A stretch of DNA of 64,000 nt, taken from Candidatus Eiseniibacteriota bacterium (lineage in GTDB: Bacteria > Eisenbacteria > RBG-16-71-46 > CAVPCR01). Made by a program: the position numbers and the translations under genes. The notes beneath the pieces are model-generated. The model had not been told where the DNA came from. It saw only the letters and a program-made list of their open reading frames with translations, and ran no database searches. Shown here in pieces: positions 17,812 through 28,094 of this stretch (within the stretch, counting starts at the first letter, position 1; every line of letters begins with the position of its first letter). The stretch lies in assembly GCA_963823555.1 (NCBI GenBank), contig CAWGMA010000003.1, positions 192,001-256,000 of the forward strand, in the 5' to 3' direction.

Positions 17812-19080
17812 ATGTCCTCCTTCACGGCATCGGCGCGTGAGCGCGTGATCCTCCATCTCGATATGGATGCGTTCTATGCCGCCGTCGAGGTGCGCGAGGA
17901 TCCCGCGCTGGCCGGGAAGCCGCTCATCATCGGCCACCGCGGTCGGCGTGGCGTGGTGTCGACGTGTTCCTACGAGGCGCGCCGATTCGGTGTGCGCTCG
18001 GCGATGCCGTCCCTCACCGCCGAGCGGCTCTGTCCCGACGCGACCTGGCTTCCGGGTCGCATGGATCTCTATGTCCGGGTGTCGCATGCGATCCGGTCCA
18101 TCCTTGCCGGGTTCACGCCGATCATCGAGCCGCTCTCGATCGACGAGGCATTCCTCGATCTCTCCGGCATCGCACGGGATCTCCAGGCCGGCCGCGAGGT
18201 CGCTGTCGCCCTCAAGCAGCGCATCCGGACTCAGGAGCGACTGACCGCCTCGGTCGGTGTCGCCCCCAACAAGTTCCTGGCCAAGCTCGCCTCCGACATG
18301 GAGAAGCCGGACGGACTCGTGGTGTTCCCCCTGTCGCTCGTTCCCGAGCGCTTGTGGCCGCTGCCGGTGGGGCGGCTCTGGGGCGTGGGCCCGAAGACGG
18401 CCCAGCGTCTCGAGTCGGGCAGGATCAGGATCGTCCGGGACCTGGTCGAGTCCGAAGCTGAAGTCATTGCTCGCCTCGTCGGCGAGTCGGCGGCCCATCA
18501 CCTCCGCGCCCTCGCCCGCGGTGAGGACACACGCCCGGTGGTGCCCGAGCATGAGGCCAAGTCGATGTCCGAGGAGCGGACCTATCTCAATGATCTTCGT
18601 GCCCCCGACGAGATCGATGAGTCGCTCCTGGCCCGGGCCGAGGGCGTGGCCCGGCAATTGCGCGCCGCCGGGTTGCGTGGACGCACGGTGCACCTCAAGG
18701 TGCGCACCGGAGACTTCACCACCTGGACCCGCGCTCACACCCTCGATGCCGCGACCGATCTCGCCGAGGTCATCGTGAGCACCGCGCGTATGCTCTTCCG
18801 CGAGCGGATTCATCTCGGAGGGCGAGGCGTGCGGCTGCTCGGGGTCGGAATGAGCGGCCTGGAACCCGCGACGGTGCGGTCCGAGCGGCAGTTCGAGCTC
18901 TTCGCGACGAGGGCCGCCGATCCCGATTCCAGGGAGGAGCGGCTTGAACGCCTGGCGCGGGCCACGGATGCGGTTCGCAAGCGGTTGGGCCGCGATGTCC
19001 TCAAGCGGGCGCGGCTCCTTGGAAAGCCGGAGCGCGATCCCGGCGAGGGCGAGGCCTCGAGTTTGCCCTCGGTGGACTGA
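17812..19080 (+). CDS. dinB: DNA polymerase IV (Y family)
   Basis: HLDMDAFYAAVE, CSYEARRFGVRSAMP, SIDEAFLD, NKFLAKLASDMEKPDG and LWGVG. Confidence 0.95.
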   Translation: MSSFTASARERVILHLDMDAFYAAVEVREDPALAGKPLIIGHRGRRGVVSTCSYEARRFGVRSAMPSLTAERLCPDATWLPGRMDLYVRVSHAIRSILAGFTPIIEPLSIDEAFLDLSGIARDLQAGREVAVALKQRIRTQERLTASVGVAPNKFLAKLASDMEKPDGLVVFPLSLVPERLWPLPVGRLWGVGPKTAQRLESGRIRIVRDLVESEAEVIARLVGESAAHHLRALARGEDTRPVVPEHEAKSMSEERTYLNDLRAPDEIDESLLARAEGVARQLRAAGLRGRTVHLKVRTGDFTTWTRAHTLDAATDLAEVIVSTARMLFRERIHLGGRGVRLLGVGMSGLEPATVRSERQFELFATRAADPDSREERLERLARATDAVRKRLGRDVLKRARLLGKPERDPGEGEASSLPSVD

Positions 19081-19088
19081 GCCCAGCC

Positions 19089-19979
19089 CTACTGGGCCGG
19101 CTCCTTCCGCCTGCCACGAAAGGAAACCCAGACCCCCGCCAGCACGAGCAAGGCGCCGGCGAAGCTCGATCCTGACAGCCGCTCGTGGCGCACGAGCGCG
19201 CCGAGGATGACGGCGACCACGGGGACGATGACCGAGGACAGGCTGGTCCGGCTGGCGCTCCAGTGCTTGAGGAGCCACGCGTAGAGGACGAACGCCCCCA
19301 CCGAGCCGGCAAGCGTCAAGTAGAGGATGGGGAACCACTCGGCGAAGACGCGGGGCACCGGATGCGGCTCACCGGCCAGAAGGCTCACGACCAGACACAC
19401 GGCACAACCCACACCCGATCCCACGGCGTTGGCCCCGATGGCTGACTGCCTGGGGCCACGTTTCAAGACCACGCCCCCGATCGCAGCCAGCGTGGCCCCC
19501 GCCCAGATGGCGAGCATCGGGAGCGTCTCCGCGCTCGTATCGGCGAGCTCCCCGGAGAAGATGATGCCGACGCCGACGAGGGCAAGAAGGGCGCCGCCGA
19601 TCTTTTGCTTCGTCAGGCGCTCGAGGCCGATAGCCCTGGCCACGATCGCCGTTGTCAGCGGGATCGTGGCATAGAAGACCGACGTGATCCCGGAGGGCAC
19701 CGTCTTCTGCCCCCAGTAGAGGAGTGCGAAGTTGAGTCCGAGGACGAGAAACCCGTAGCCGGCCGCGGCCCTGAGCGCCGCTCCGCGGGGCCAACCCTGG
19801 CCGGTCAAGGCCAGGATCGAGCCGAGGATGAGGGTCGCCAGACCGAGGCGAAGCGACGCCGCCCAGATCGCCGGCACCGTGTCGTTCCCGAACGAGATCG
19901 CGAGGAAGGTGCTGCCCCAGATCGCGGTCGAGCCGGCAAAGGCCAGCGCGGGCAGAGCGTGAGAGCGACGCGAACTCAT
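19089..19979 (-). CDS. EamA/DMT family transporter
   Basis: About 10 TM helices in two repeats. IWGSTFLAI and LRL motifs. Confidence 0.9.
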   Translation of the reverse strand: MSSRRSHALPALAFAGSTAIWGSTFLAISFGNDTVPAIWAASLRLGLATLILGSILALTGQGWPRGAALRAAAGYGFLVLGLNFALLYWGQKTVPSGITSVFYATIPLTTAIVARAIGLERLTKQKIGGALLALVGVGIIFSGELADTSAETLPMLAIWAGATLAAIGGVVLKRGPRQSAIGANAVGSGVGCAVCLVVSLLAGEPHPVPRVFAEWFPILYLTLAGSVGAFVLYAWLLKHWSASRTSLSSVIVPVVAVILGALVRHERLSGSSFAGALLVLAGVWVSFRGRRKEPAQ

Positions 19980-20135
19980 TGGAAAATTGGAACCTCGTGG
20001 AGGGCGGAAGACCGCCTGAGGGATCGGTGTGGACCGAGCCAGGGTAGCCGGAGGGCCGCAGCGTGCCTACTCCAGACTCATAATACATTGTTATTCAACA
20101 CGTTATATCGCTCAGCCCGGCACTGGCCAGATGAT

Positions 20136-20157
20136 TGTCTAATATCTAATTTAGACA
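20136..20157. promoter_or_regulatory. Palindromic operator candidate TGTCTAA-N8-TTAGACA
   Basis: Perfect 7-bp inverted repeat in an AT-rich island upstream of the DUF4397-carH pair. Confidence 0.5.
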
Positions 20158-20273
20158 TATCTGAATCGGACCGGGGGGCCGGCGGAATCCCATGGAGTGA
20201 ACGGGGTGCCGGAGGTTCCGGACGTAACCCAGACAGCCCAATCCAATCGAACCCCCAAAGGAGTTGGCTCGCC

Positions 20274-21719
20274 ATGTTCTCTCAGCTCTTCCGCCGGAAG
20301 CTGATGCCGATGAGTCTCGTCCTCCTCGTGGTCCTCGTCGCCGGATGCGGTGACGATGACGATGGTGACAATGGCATGATCCCGATGCCGGAGGTTCCGG
20401 CCATCCGCGTCGTTCACAGCTCTCCCGATGCGCCTGCGGTCGACGTCTATGCCGCCGGTAGCTCGACGCCCTTGTTCACGAACGTCGCCTACGGCGAGGC
20501 CACCGACTACCTGACGGTGGATGCCGGAACCGTGAAGATCCAGCTGCGCCCGGCCGGCGCCGATCCGGGGTCGACTCCGGTGTTCGAGACCGGCGACCTC
20601 GCGATTGGAGCCGATGATCGCATCACGGCCGTCGCAGCCGGGCTGATCGGGGCCACCGGAGCAGCAGACGCTTTCCGCATCCTGCCCCTGGTCGAGGGCT
20701 TCGCCGATCCGGGCACGAGCGTTCGCGCTCGAATCGTTCATGCCGGAGCCGACGCGCCATCCGTGGCGGTGGACGTGGGCAACGATGGCACTCCGGAGAT
20801 CACAGACTTCGCTCGCTTCGCGGACACCGGCGCGACGGGCGTCGAGCTGCCGAGCGGCGAGGCGCTGGCCATCGGGATCTGGGCGGGCTCTCCGCTCGCC
20901 CGGGTGACGGCCTTCACGACGCCGGCGCTGCCGGCCGGGGCCGAGATCTTCGTGATCGCGACCGGGCTCCTGAGTCAGCCCCCGCGTGATGACGATGGCT
21001 TCTCACTGCTTGCCGTCGGCCCCGAGGGTGCGATCGGCTTCATCAAGCAGAACCCCGTGGTGTATGCGCTGCATGCATCACCGGACGCGCCCGCCGTGGA
21101 CATCGCTGTCGGGGGTACGTCGACGATCCTGGTCAGCAATCTCGCCTTCGGCGATCTCTCGGACCCGGTGCAGGTGGCACCGGCCGCTTACACTCTCGAG
21201 TTTCGCGCGACCGGGACTTCGAATGCGGCCGCCTCGCTGACGACACCGTCCCTCGCGGCGGGAGAGCGCTACCTGGCGATCGCCACCGGATTCTTGTCTC
21301 CGGAAAGCGGTGAGCCGTCATTCCAGCTCTTCCCGCTGGCCGACGGCTTCGATCGCGAACTCGCCACGCCTCTCTTGCGCGTCGCTCACGCCTCACCCGA
21401 TGCGCCCGCGGTCGACGTGGGCACCGTGTCGGGCAACGTGCTGACGCCGCTCGCTCCCTTCACTGATCTCGCCTTCGCCGAATCCTCGGTGGAAGAGGGG
21501 ACCGAGGTGCCGGCGGCCGCGCTGCTGATCGGCGTGGCGCCTACCGGGACGACCACTCCGGTGGCGACGTTCAACGTGACCACTGCAGTCGGTCTCAGGG
21601 CGATCGCCGTGGCAGCCGGCGCGCTCTCGCCCGAAGTGGGCATCGACGAGCCCTTCCGACTCCTCATCATCGATACGGCCGTCTGGCCGTGGACGGTGGC
21701 GACCGTCAATCCCAACTAG
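20274..21719 (+). CDS. DUF4397-repeat lipoprotein
   Basis: AAGGAG RBS before ATG 20274, lipobox VAGC, and four repeats of the H(A/S)(S/G)(P/A)DAP(A/S)V(D/A)(V/I) motif. Confidence 0.85.
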   Translation: MFSQLFRRKLMPMSLVLLVVLVAGCGDDDDGDNGMIPMPEVPAIRVVHSSPDAPAVDVYAAGSSTPLFTNVAYGEATDYLTVDAGTVKIQLRPAGADPGSTPVFETGDLAIGADDRITAVAAGLIGATGAADAFRILPLVEGFADPGTSVRARIVHAGADAPSVAVDVGNDGTPEITDFARFADTGATGVELPSGEALAIGIWAGSPLARVTAFTTPALPAGAEIFVIATGLLSQPPRDDDGFSLLAVGPEGAIGFIKQNPVVYALHASPDAPAVDIAVGGTSTILVSNLAFGDLSDPVQVAPAAYTLEFRATGTSNAAASLTTPSLAAGERYLAIATGFLSPESGEPSFQLFPLADGFDRELATPLLRVAHASPDAPAVDVGTVSGNVLTPLAPFTDLAFAESSVEEGTEVPAAALLIGVAPTGTTTPVATFNVTTAVGLRAIAVAAGALSPEVGIDEPFRLLIIDTAVWPWTVATVNPN

Positions 21720-21724
21720 GTAGA

Positions 21725-22675
21725 ATGATCACCATGTCCCTCCCCCCTCGTAAGGAAGGCCCCGCCGGGGGTGATCTTGCCGAGCCGGGCCTGGGCCTGC
21801 TCTCGATCGGAGAGCTGGCCCAGGCCACGGGGGTCACTCCGGACACGATCCGGGTCTGGGAGCGGCGTTACGGCCGACCTTCTCCCGTGCGTCTCGAATC
21901 CGGGCATCGTCGCTACACGCGCGAACATGTGAGGTGGCTCAGGCAGGTCGCCGAGGCGCTTGCTCGCGGCCACCGCCCGGCGCGCGTCGTCCGCATGGAC
22001 GATGCGGAGATAAGGGGTCTGCTCCGCGCCGGGCAGTCCGCACAAGAAACAGCTCCGGAGATCCGCCGTCTCCTGGACCGAGTGCGCGTGCTGGACGGGC
22101 CGGGGCTCACGGCCGAGCTCAGTGCCCGGGCGAACGAACTGGGGCCAGTCGCATTCCTGACGACCATCGTGAGTCCGCTCCTCGACGCCGTGGGCCGAAA
22201 CTGGGTCGAGGGCGAGATTGACATCCGCCACGAGCACCACCTGTCGGGCGTGCTCGATGACGTGATGCGAACGTTGCGCCTCGACACGGTCGTGCCCGAC
22301 CAGGCGCCGGTGATCGTGCTCGCCACGTTGACCGGTGAAGCGCATGGACTCGGTCTGCAGATGACGGCGCTCCTGCTTGCGGTCCGTGGGGTACGGCCCG
22401 CGATCATCGGTACGCATACGCCAGCGGTGGAGATTGCCGCGGCGGCCACCGAGCTGGGCGCCGCCGCTGTCGGGATCAGCATCTCGCTCGCCACGGGCGG
22501 CGTGGATACCGATCGCGTGATCGCCGAGCTGCGCCGGCTGTTGCCCCGGCCGGTGCGACTCCTGGTGGGCGGACGGGGAGCACGCGGTGCGCGCCGGGGC
22601 CCGCGGGGTGTCGAGTACGCCGCTGATATGCCTGCGGTCGAGCGCTGGCTCGAGGAGATGCGGGTGGGGACCTAG
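21725..22675 (+). CDS. carH: MerR-family, cobalamin-binding transcriptional regulator (CarH/LitR type)
   Basis: MerR HTH (IGELAQATGV..TIRVWERRYG..P.R...GHRRY), W-x9-EH (WVEGEIDIRHEH), and B12 motif ExHxxG...SxS...VGG. Confidence 0.85.
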   Translation: MITMSLPPRKEGPAGGDLAEPGLGLLSIGELAQATGVTPDTIRVWERRYGRPSPVRLESGHRRYTREHVRWLRQVAEALARGHRPARVVRMDDAEIRGLLRAGQSAQETAPEIRRLLDRVRVLDGPGLTAELSARANELGPVAFLTTIVSPLLDAVGRNWVEGEIDIRHEHHLSGVLDDVMRTLRLDTVVPDQAPVIVLATLTGEAHGLGLQMTALLLAVRGVRPAIIGTHTPAVEIAAAATELGAAAVGISISLATGGVDTDRVIAELRRLLPRPVRLLVGGRGARGARRGPRGVEYAADMPAVERWLEEMRVGT

Positions 22676-22743
22676 AGGCGGCCCGGTCCAGGCGGTTCGC
22701 TTCCGGCACGTACCGCCATGATGCCGGCCGGGCCGCCCACCTT

Positions 22744-22772
22744 TTGACGGTCCCGAGGGGCCTTGCTAGACT
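22744..22772 (+). promoter_or_regulatory. Sigma70 promoter of the menaquinone cluster
   Basis: TTGACG-N17-TAGACT with an extended TG motif. Confidence 0.7.
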
Positions 22773-22836
22773 GCCGCCTTCCCCGCGCGCTCGCTCGAGA
22801 GCACGTCCAGCCAAGAGCCAACCATCCAGGGATCCC

Positions 22837-24405
22837 ATGCCGCCGAGTCCAGATTCCCATTCGGTCACGGCCTCTCGTGATCCGCGCCCCCGGGCGGTCC
22901 GCCGCCCCTATCGTGACCTCCGCGAGTTCGTCGCCGATCTCGAGACCGCTGGCGAGCTCTGTCGGATCCGCGCCGAGGTCGATCCCAAGCTCGAGGTGAG
23001 CGCGATCACCGATCGCACGGTGCGCGCCGGGGGGCCGGCCCTCTACTTCGAGAACGTGCGCGGGCACACGATCCCCGTGCTCATGAACGCGTTCGGTTCG
23101 ATGGAGCGCCTGACCATGGCTCTCGGCGTCGATCGCATCGAGGACCTGGTGGTGGAGATCGAGGCCGTGCTCGACATGCCGCGCGGCGCCACCGGCTCGG
23201 GCCGCGGTCTCACCATGCTCGACAAGCTCAAGATGCTGCCGCGCCTGAAGGAGCTCTCCGAGATCGGACCGCGGATCGTCAAGGACGGCCCGTGTCAGGA
23301 GGTGGTGCGGATCGGGGACGAGGCCCGTCTCGATGCGCTGCCCGTGATCCAGTGCTGGCCCGACGACGGCGGGCCCTTCATCACATTGCCTCTCGTCTTC
23401 ACCCGGCATCCCGAGACCGGCGGGCGCAACATGGGGATGTACCGCATGCAGGTCTTCGATCAGCGCTCGACCGGCATGCACTGGCACCGCCACAAGGGAG
23501 GAGCCGGGCACTACTGGGTGGCGGAGCGCCGCGGCGAGCGCTTGCCGGTGGCCGTGGCCCTCGGCGGGGACCCGCTTCTCACCTACGCAGCGACCGCTCC
23601 GCTCCCCGACGATGTGGACGAGCTCCTGTTCGCCGGCTTCGTGCGCAAGCGCGGGGTCGACCTCGTCAAGTGCAAGACCGTCGATCTCGAGGTGCCGGCC
23701 ACGGCCGAGATCATCCTCGAGGGCTACGTCGAGCCCGGCGAACGCCGGCGCGAGGGCCCCTTCGGCGATCACACGGGCTACTACTCGCTGCCGGATGACT
23801 TTCCGGTGTTCCGCTTGACCGCGATCACCCATCGCCGGGATCCGATCTACATCTCGACCATCGTGGGCCCGCCGCCGCAGGAGGATGCCTTCCTCGGCAA
23901 GGCCACCGAACGCATCTTTCTCCCGCTCCTGAAGAAGCAGCTCCCGGAGATCGTCGACATGAACCTGCCGGTCGAGAGCTGCTTTCACAACCTGGTCATC
24001 GTCTCGATCGACAAGCGCTATCCCGGACACGCGCGCAAGGTGATGAGCGCCTTCTGGGGGCTGGGCCAGCTCATGTTCTCCAAGATCATCCTCGTCGTCG
24101 ACAAGGACGTGAACGTGCACGATCCGCGCGAGGTGTTGTGGAAGGCGACCAACCACATCGATCCCCGCCGTGACATCGTCTTCGTCGACGGCCCAGTCGA
24201 TGAGCTCGATCACGCAGCACCGCTCCTCTGTTTCGGTTCGAAGATGGGGATCGACGCCACCCACAAGTGGCCGAGCGAGGGGTTCACGCGCGACTGGCCG
24301 CCGGAGATGGTGATGTCCCCCGCGGTCCAGGCGCGGGTGGATGCGCTGTGGCCCAGCCTGGGCATCCAGCTGCCGGACCGGCCGCGAAGCTGGTGGCAAG
24401 AGTGA
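22837..24405 (+). CDS. ubiD: UbiD-family prFMN decarboxylase (menaquinone biosynthesis decarboxylase, futalosine pathway)
   Basis: NMGMYRMQV, EGPFGDHTGYY, GPPPQED and SKMGIDATHK. Located next to mqnA. Confidence 0.92.
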   Translation: MPPSPDSHSVTASRDPRPRAVRRPYRDLREFVADLETAGELCRIRAEVDPKLEVSAITDRTVRAGGPALYFENVRGHTIPVLMNAFGSMERLTMALGVDRIEDLVVEIEAVLDMPRGATGSGRGLTMLDKLKMLPRLKELSEIGPRIVKDGPCQEVVRIGDEARLDALPVIQCWPDDGGPFITLPLVFTRHPETGGRNMGMYRMQVFDQRSTGMHWHRHKGGAGHYWVAERRGERLPVAVALGGDPLLTYAATAPLPDDVDELLFAGFVRKRGVDLVKCKTVDLEVPATAEIILEGYVEPGERRREGPFGDHTGYYSLPDDFPVFRLTAITHRRDPIYISTIVGPPPQEDAFLGKATERIFLPLLKKQLPEIVDMNLPVESCFHNLVIVSIDKRYPGHARKVMSAFWGLGQLMFSKIILVVDKDVNVHDPREVLWKATNHIDPRRDIVFVDGPVDELDHAAPLLCFGSKMGIDATHKWPSEGFTRDWPPEMVMSPAVQARVDALWPSLGIQLPDRPRSWWQE

Positions 24406-25259
24406 TCGCGCCGGGGGGCGGCTGGAACGAGGGCCGGCGCCTGGTCCTGGCGGTGGTCCGCTACCTCAACGCGCGCCCTCTGATCGCCGGGCTCGAAGAG
24501 CGCTGCGAGCTGGTCTCGGCGGTGCCGGCGCGATGCTGGGAGCTCGTCGCCTCGGGACAGGCGGATCTCGGGATCATACCCGCCATCGGGCTCGGTGATG
24601 ATCCATCGCTCACCGTCGTTCCTGGTATCGCCATCGCCGCCGATGGGCCGGTGCGTTCGGTCGTCCTGGTGACCAAGGTCGACTTGCGCGAGGTGCGCTC
24701 GATCGCCGTCGACGAGAGCTCCCGATCCTCGGCCGTGCTCCTCCGTATTCTCATGACGCGGTGCTATGGCCTCACGCCGCGGTTCGTCGCCGCCGAGCCG
24801 GACTGGCGCGCGATGCTCGCCCGGCACGATGCGGCGCTCTTGATCGGCGACCCGGCTCTGGCCCTGGACACGGATCCGGATTTCCGTGCCCGTGCCGATC
24901 TCCGTGTGCTCGATCTCGGCGATGCCTGGACGAAGTGGACCGGGTTGCCGTTCGTCTTCGCCGTCTGGGCCGGGAGGCCCGAGCGCGTGACCCCGGAGGT
25001 CGTGGCCGAGCTCACCGCGGCGCGGGCGCGGGGCCTGGCACAGTTGCCGGAGATCGCTCGCACCGCCGCGCAAAATCCCGATGAGGAGGCGAGAAATCTG
25101 CGCTATCTGAGAGAGGCGATCTCCTTCGTCCTCGGTCCGCGCGAGCTCGAGGGGCTCGCGCGCTACCTCGAGCTGGCCGGGGAGCTCGGGCTCCTGGCGG
25201 GCGGGCGGCCGGCGCCGGCCGCGCTCATCATGGCCGGTCGCGCCGCCGATGCCGTCTGA
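24402..25259 (+). CDS. mqnA: Chorismate dehydratase
   Basis: YLNARPL, GPVRSV, SRSS, LLIGDPAL and DLGDAWTKWTGLPFVFAVW. GTGA overlap with ubiD. Confidence 0.88.
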   Translation: MIAPGGGWNEGRRLVLAVVRYLNARPLIAGLEERCELVSAVPARCWELVASGQADLGIIPAIGLGDDPSLTVVPGIAIAADGPVRSVVLVTKVDLREVRSIAVDESSRSSAVLLRILMTRCYGLTPRFVAAEPDWRAMLARHDAALLIGDPALALDTDPDFRARADLRVLDLGDAWTKWTGLPFVFAVWAGRPERVTPEVVAELTAARARGLAQLPEIARTAAQNPDEEARNLRYLREAISFVLGPRELEGLARYLELAGELGLLAGGRPAPAALIMAGRAADAV

Positions 25260-26553
25260 ACTCGGTTCCGGGCCGGAGCGCCGCCGCGCCGGCGCCGCCG
25301 CGCCGGTTCTCCACCGCGCCCGCTGGGTGCTGCCGATCCATGTGCCGCCGATCCCTGACGGGGCGGTGGTGGTCGGTCCCGCGGCCGCGGGCAGACAGAG
25401 CGGATTCGATCGCGAGATCCTGGCCGTCGGGCCCCATCGCGATCTCGCCGCGCATCACCGCGGTCCCATCCATGATCATGGGGAGGTCGTCCTGCTCCCC
25501 GCCCTCGTCAACGCGCACACGCATCTCGAGCTCTCGGCTCTGGCCGGGCGCGTTCCTTCCGCAGACGGCTTCGGCGCGTGGCTCCTCGAGACGGCAACGC
25601 TGGCCGCCGACCTGTCTCCGGCTGCGGCCGAGCCGGCGATCGACGACGCCATCGCGAGCTGTCTCGACACCGGCACCGGGCTCGTGGGCGATGTCACCGG
25701 CCTCGGCCGGGCCGTTGCGGCGCTCGCTCGCTCCCGGCTGGCGGCGCGCATCTTTCATGAAGTGCTGGCCTTCGATCCGCGGCGAGCCGAGTCGGCTCTG
25801 GCCGAGGCGCGCACGCGGCTCGTGTCGGGTGAGGAACGAACGGTCGCGCTTCCCATGTTCCGCCACTCGCTGGCGCCGCATGCGCCCTACTCGGTGTCGA
25901 TGCGGCTCCTGCGCTTGATCCGCGGCGTCAACGCCCGGGAAGATCGACCGACTTCGATTCATCTGGCCGAATCCCCGGCCGAGGAGGAGTTCATGCGGGC
26001 CGGCACCGGACCCATCGCCGAGCTGAAGCGGCGACTGGGCACCACCGTCTCCGGCTGGGAGCCCCCGGGCGACCCCACGGTCGTCTACCTCGATCGAATC
26101 GGCTGGTTCGAGGCTCCGCAGTTGGTCGTGCACGTGACGCAGATTTCCCCTCGTGGGATAGAAATCCTGCGCCGGGCGCCGGTGACGGCATGCCTCTGCC
26201 CGCGCTCCAACCGGGCGCTCGGCGTGGGCGTCGCTCCGGCTGCCGCCTTGCAGCGCGCGGGCGTCCCGCTCGCTCTCGGCACCGACAGCCTGGCCTCGGC
26301 CCCCGATCTGAACCTGTTCTCGGAACTGGCGGCGGCGAACGATTACGACCTGGCTCCAGCCGAGCTGGTTCACGCCGCCACCCGCGGCGGCGCGCGGGCG
26401 CTCGGCTTCGGCTCGGAGCTGGGCGAGCTGGCGCCGGGGCGCCTGGCGCGGATGATCACGGTCGCTCCGGCCCCGGGGACGGAGCTCGGCGGGAACCCTT
26501 ACGCGCCGCTCCTCGGCGGCCCCGGGGCCGAGCGCATCCGCTGGGTCGACTAG
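25249..26553 (+). CDS. Amidohydrolase-family deaminase, probably aminodeoxyfutalosine deaminase
   Basis: NAHTHLE, PHAPYSV, HLAES, CPRSN and GTDSLAS. Overlaps mqnA. The specific function is inferred from context. Confidence 0.8.
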   Translation: MPSELGSGPERRRAGAAAPVLHRARWVLPIHVPPIPDGAVVVGPAAAGRQSGFDREILAVGPHRDLAAHHRGPIHDHGEVVLLPALVNAHTHLELSALAGRVPSADGFGAWLLETATLAADLSPAAAEPAIDDAIASCLDTGTGLVGDVTGLGRAVAALARSRLAARIFHEVLAFDPRRAESALAEARTRLVSGEERTVALPMFRHSLAPHAPYSVSMRLLRLIRGVNAREDRPTSIHLAESPAEEEFMRAGTGPIAELKRRLGTTVSGWEPPGDPTVVYLDRIGWFEAPQLVVHVTQISPRGIEILRRAPVTACLCPRSNRALGVGVAPAAALQRAGVPLALGTDSLASAPDLNLFSELAAANDYDLAPAELVHAATRGGARALGFGSELGELAPGRLARMITVAPAPGTELGGNPYAPLLGGPGAERIRWVD

Positions 26554-26715
26554 CGCTTACCGGCTCCGGGCGGGCGGGCCGGCGATTGCCCTGGAAAGCG
26601 CCCGGCCCGAGCGCTAGGCTTTCCGGGCTGTTGGCGGATTTCCGGGAAGCGTTTGGTGCCGGGATCACGGCATCCGCTCGGGCCCGCAGGTGGGATGTAC
26701 TGGGGAGGAGGAAAC

Positions 26716-27846
26716 ATGGCTGACAAGGTGGCCGATCTGGCCGGTCCTGGCATTAGCACCTACGAAGAAGTCGACAAGATCCTGCCGACCGACTACCGGT
26801 CGCTCCTTGATCCGAAAGAGACGCAGAAGGCGATCACGGCGGTCAAACGCTATATCGAGGACGGTCTCTGCAAGGAGCTGAACCTGTTCCGGGTCGAAGT
26901 GCCGCTGATCGTGGATCGTGAGAGCGGAGTGAACGACTATCTCGACCGGGACGGTTCACGCACGCCGATCGAGTTCCCCTGCGGACTCGGGCTGCCGAAG
27001 CGGATCGACGCCCAGGTGGTGCAGGCCGCCACCAAGTGGAAGAGGCCGGCCCTGAAGCAATTCAACTGCAACGTCGGCGAGGGCATCGTCACCGACATGC
27101 GCGCCGTGCGTAAGGACTATTTCCTCGACCACGATCACAGCTCGTATGTCGATCAATGGGACTGGGAAAAGGTCATCGCGCCCGAGATGCGGAACCTCGA
27201 TTATCTCAAGGACACCGTGCGCCGCATCTGGAAGGTGATCAAGGGGGCCGAGACCTTCGTCATGAAGGAGTTCCCCAAGCTCAAGGATCCACGCTATCCA
27301 GAACTTCCCGATGAGCTCACTTTCCTGCATGCCGAGGAGATCCTCGACATGTATCCCGACTTGCCGCGCAAGCAGCGGGAGACTCGAGTCATCTCGGAGA
27401 AGTATCCGGCGATCTTCATCATCGGGATCGGCTGGGTGCTGCAGGACGGCTATCCGCACGAGATGCGGGCGGCCGATTATGATGACTGGGCTACTCCGAC
27501 CAAGCAGTGGACCGGGAAGGATACCCACGGATTGAACGGCGACATCCTGGTCTGGAACCCGGTGACGAAGCGCCGCCACGAGCTGACCTCGATGGGAATC
27601 CGGGTGACCAAGGAGACCTTGAAGCAGCAGCTGGAGATCTCGGGGCAACTCGACTTCCTCAAGCTGCCCTATCATCAGGCGATCCTGAACGACCAGATCC
27701 CGCTCTCGATCGGCGGCGGCATCGGCCAGTCGCGGACCGTGATGCTGCTCTTGCGGAAAGCCCACCTGGGCGAGGTCAGCGTGACCATCTGGCCGCGCCA
27801 GCTGAAGGACATCTGCGAGAAGAAGAACATCGTCGTGCTCGAATAG
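26716..27846 (+). CDS. asnA: Aspartate--ammonia ligase (asparagine synthetase A)
   Basis: GGAGGAGG RBS. HSSYVDQWDWEKV, RAADYDDW, GLNGDILVWN and SIGGGIGQSR. Confidence 0.95.
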   Translation: MADKVADLAGPGISTYEEVDKILPTDYRSLLDPKETQKAITAVKRYIEDGLCKELNLFRVEVPLIVDRESGVNDYLDRDGSRTPIEFPCGLGLPKRIDAQVVQAATKWKRPALKQFNCNVGEGIVTDMRAVRKDYFLDHDHSSYVDQWDWEKVIAPEMRNLDYLKDTVRRIWKVIKGAETFVMKEFPKLKDPRYPELPDELTFLHAEEILDMYPDLPRKQRETRVISEKYPAIFIIGIGWVLQDGYPHEMRAADYDDWATPTKQWTGKDTHGLNGDILVWNPVTKRRHELTSMGIRVTKETLKQQLEISGQLDFLKLPYHQAILNDQIPLSIGGGIGQSRTVMLLLRKAHLGEVSVTIWPRQLKDICEKKNIVVLE

Positions 27847-27876
27847 GACGGACCGGATTCGCTCGAAGCCGGGGGT

Positions 27877-27905
27877 CGGGGAGGGGACGCCGAGTTCCCT
27901 CCCCG
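27877..27905 (+). terminator. Terminator-like hairpin after asnA
   Basis: CGGGGAGGGGA...TTCCCTCCCCG stem with only a weak U-tract. Confidence 0.45.
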
Positions 27906-28094
27906 GTTCCATCTCGGGAAGGGCCCTGGTATACTTCTTGCCGGTTTCTTGGTCGTTCCAGCTTCATCTCCAGCGATCACGCCTTCACGCCACCCTTCCG
28001 TAACGATCCGCCGTCCGGAGGCTGGAGTCATATGCGGGCTTGGGCCTGCTCTCCCGCCGCCGAGGGCGCCAACCAGGAACGGCATATACCGGGC

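Noticed and set aside
17662..19338. Apparent 1046-aa ORF extending guaB across dinB
   Set aside because: The N-terminal 559 aa are antisense shadow of dinB, typical of high-GC DNA. Homology starts at ATG 17661.
20165..20273. Cobalamin riboswitch upstream of the DUF4397-carH unit
   Set aside because: Conserved B12-box elements are not visible.
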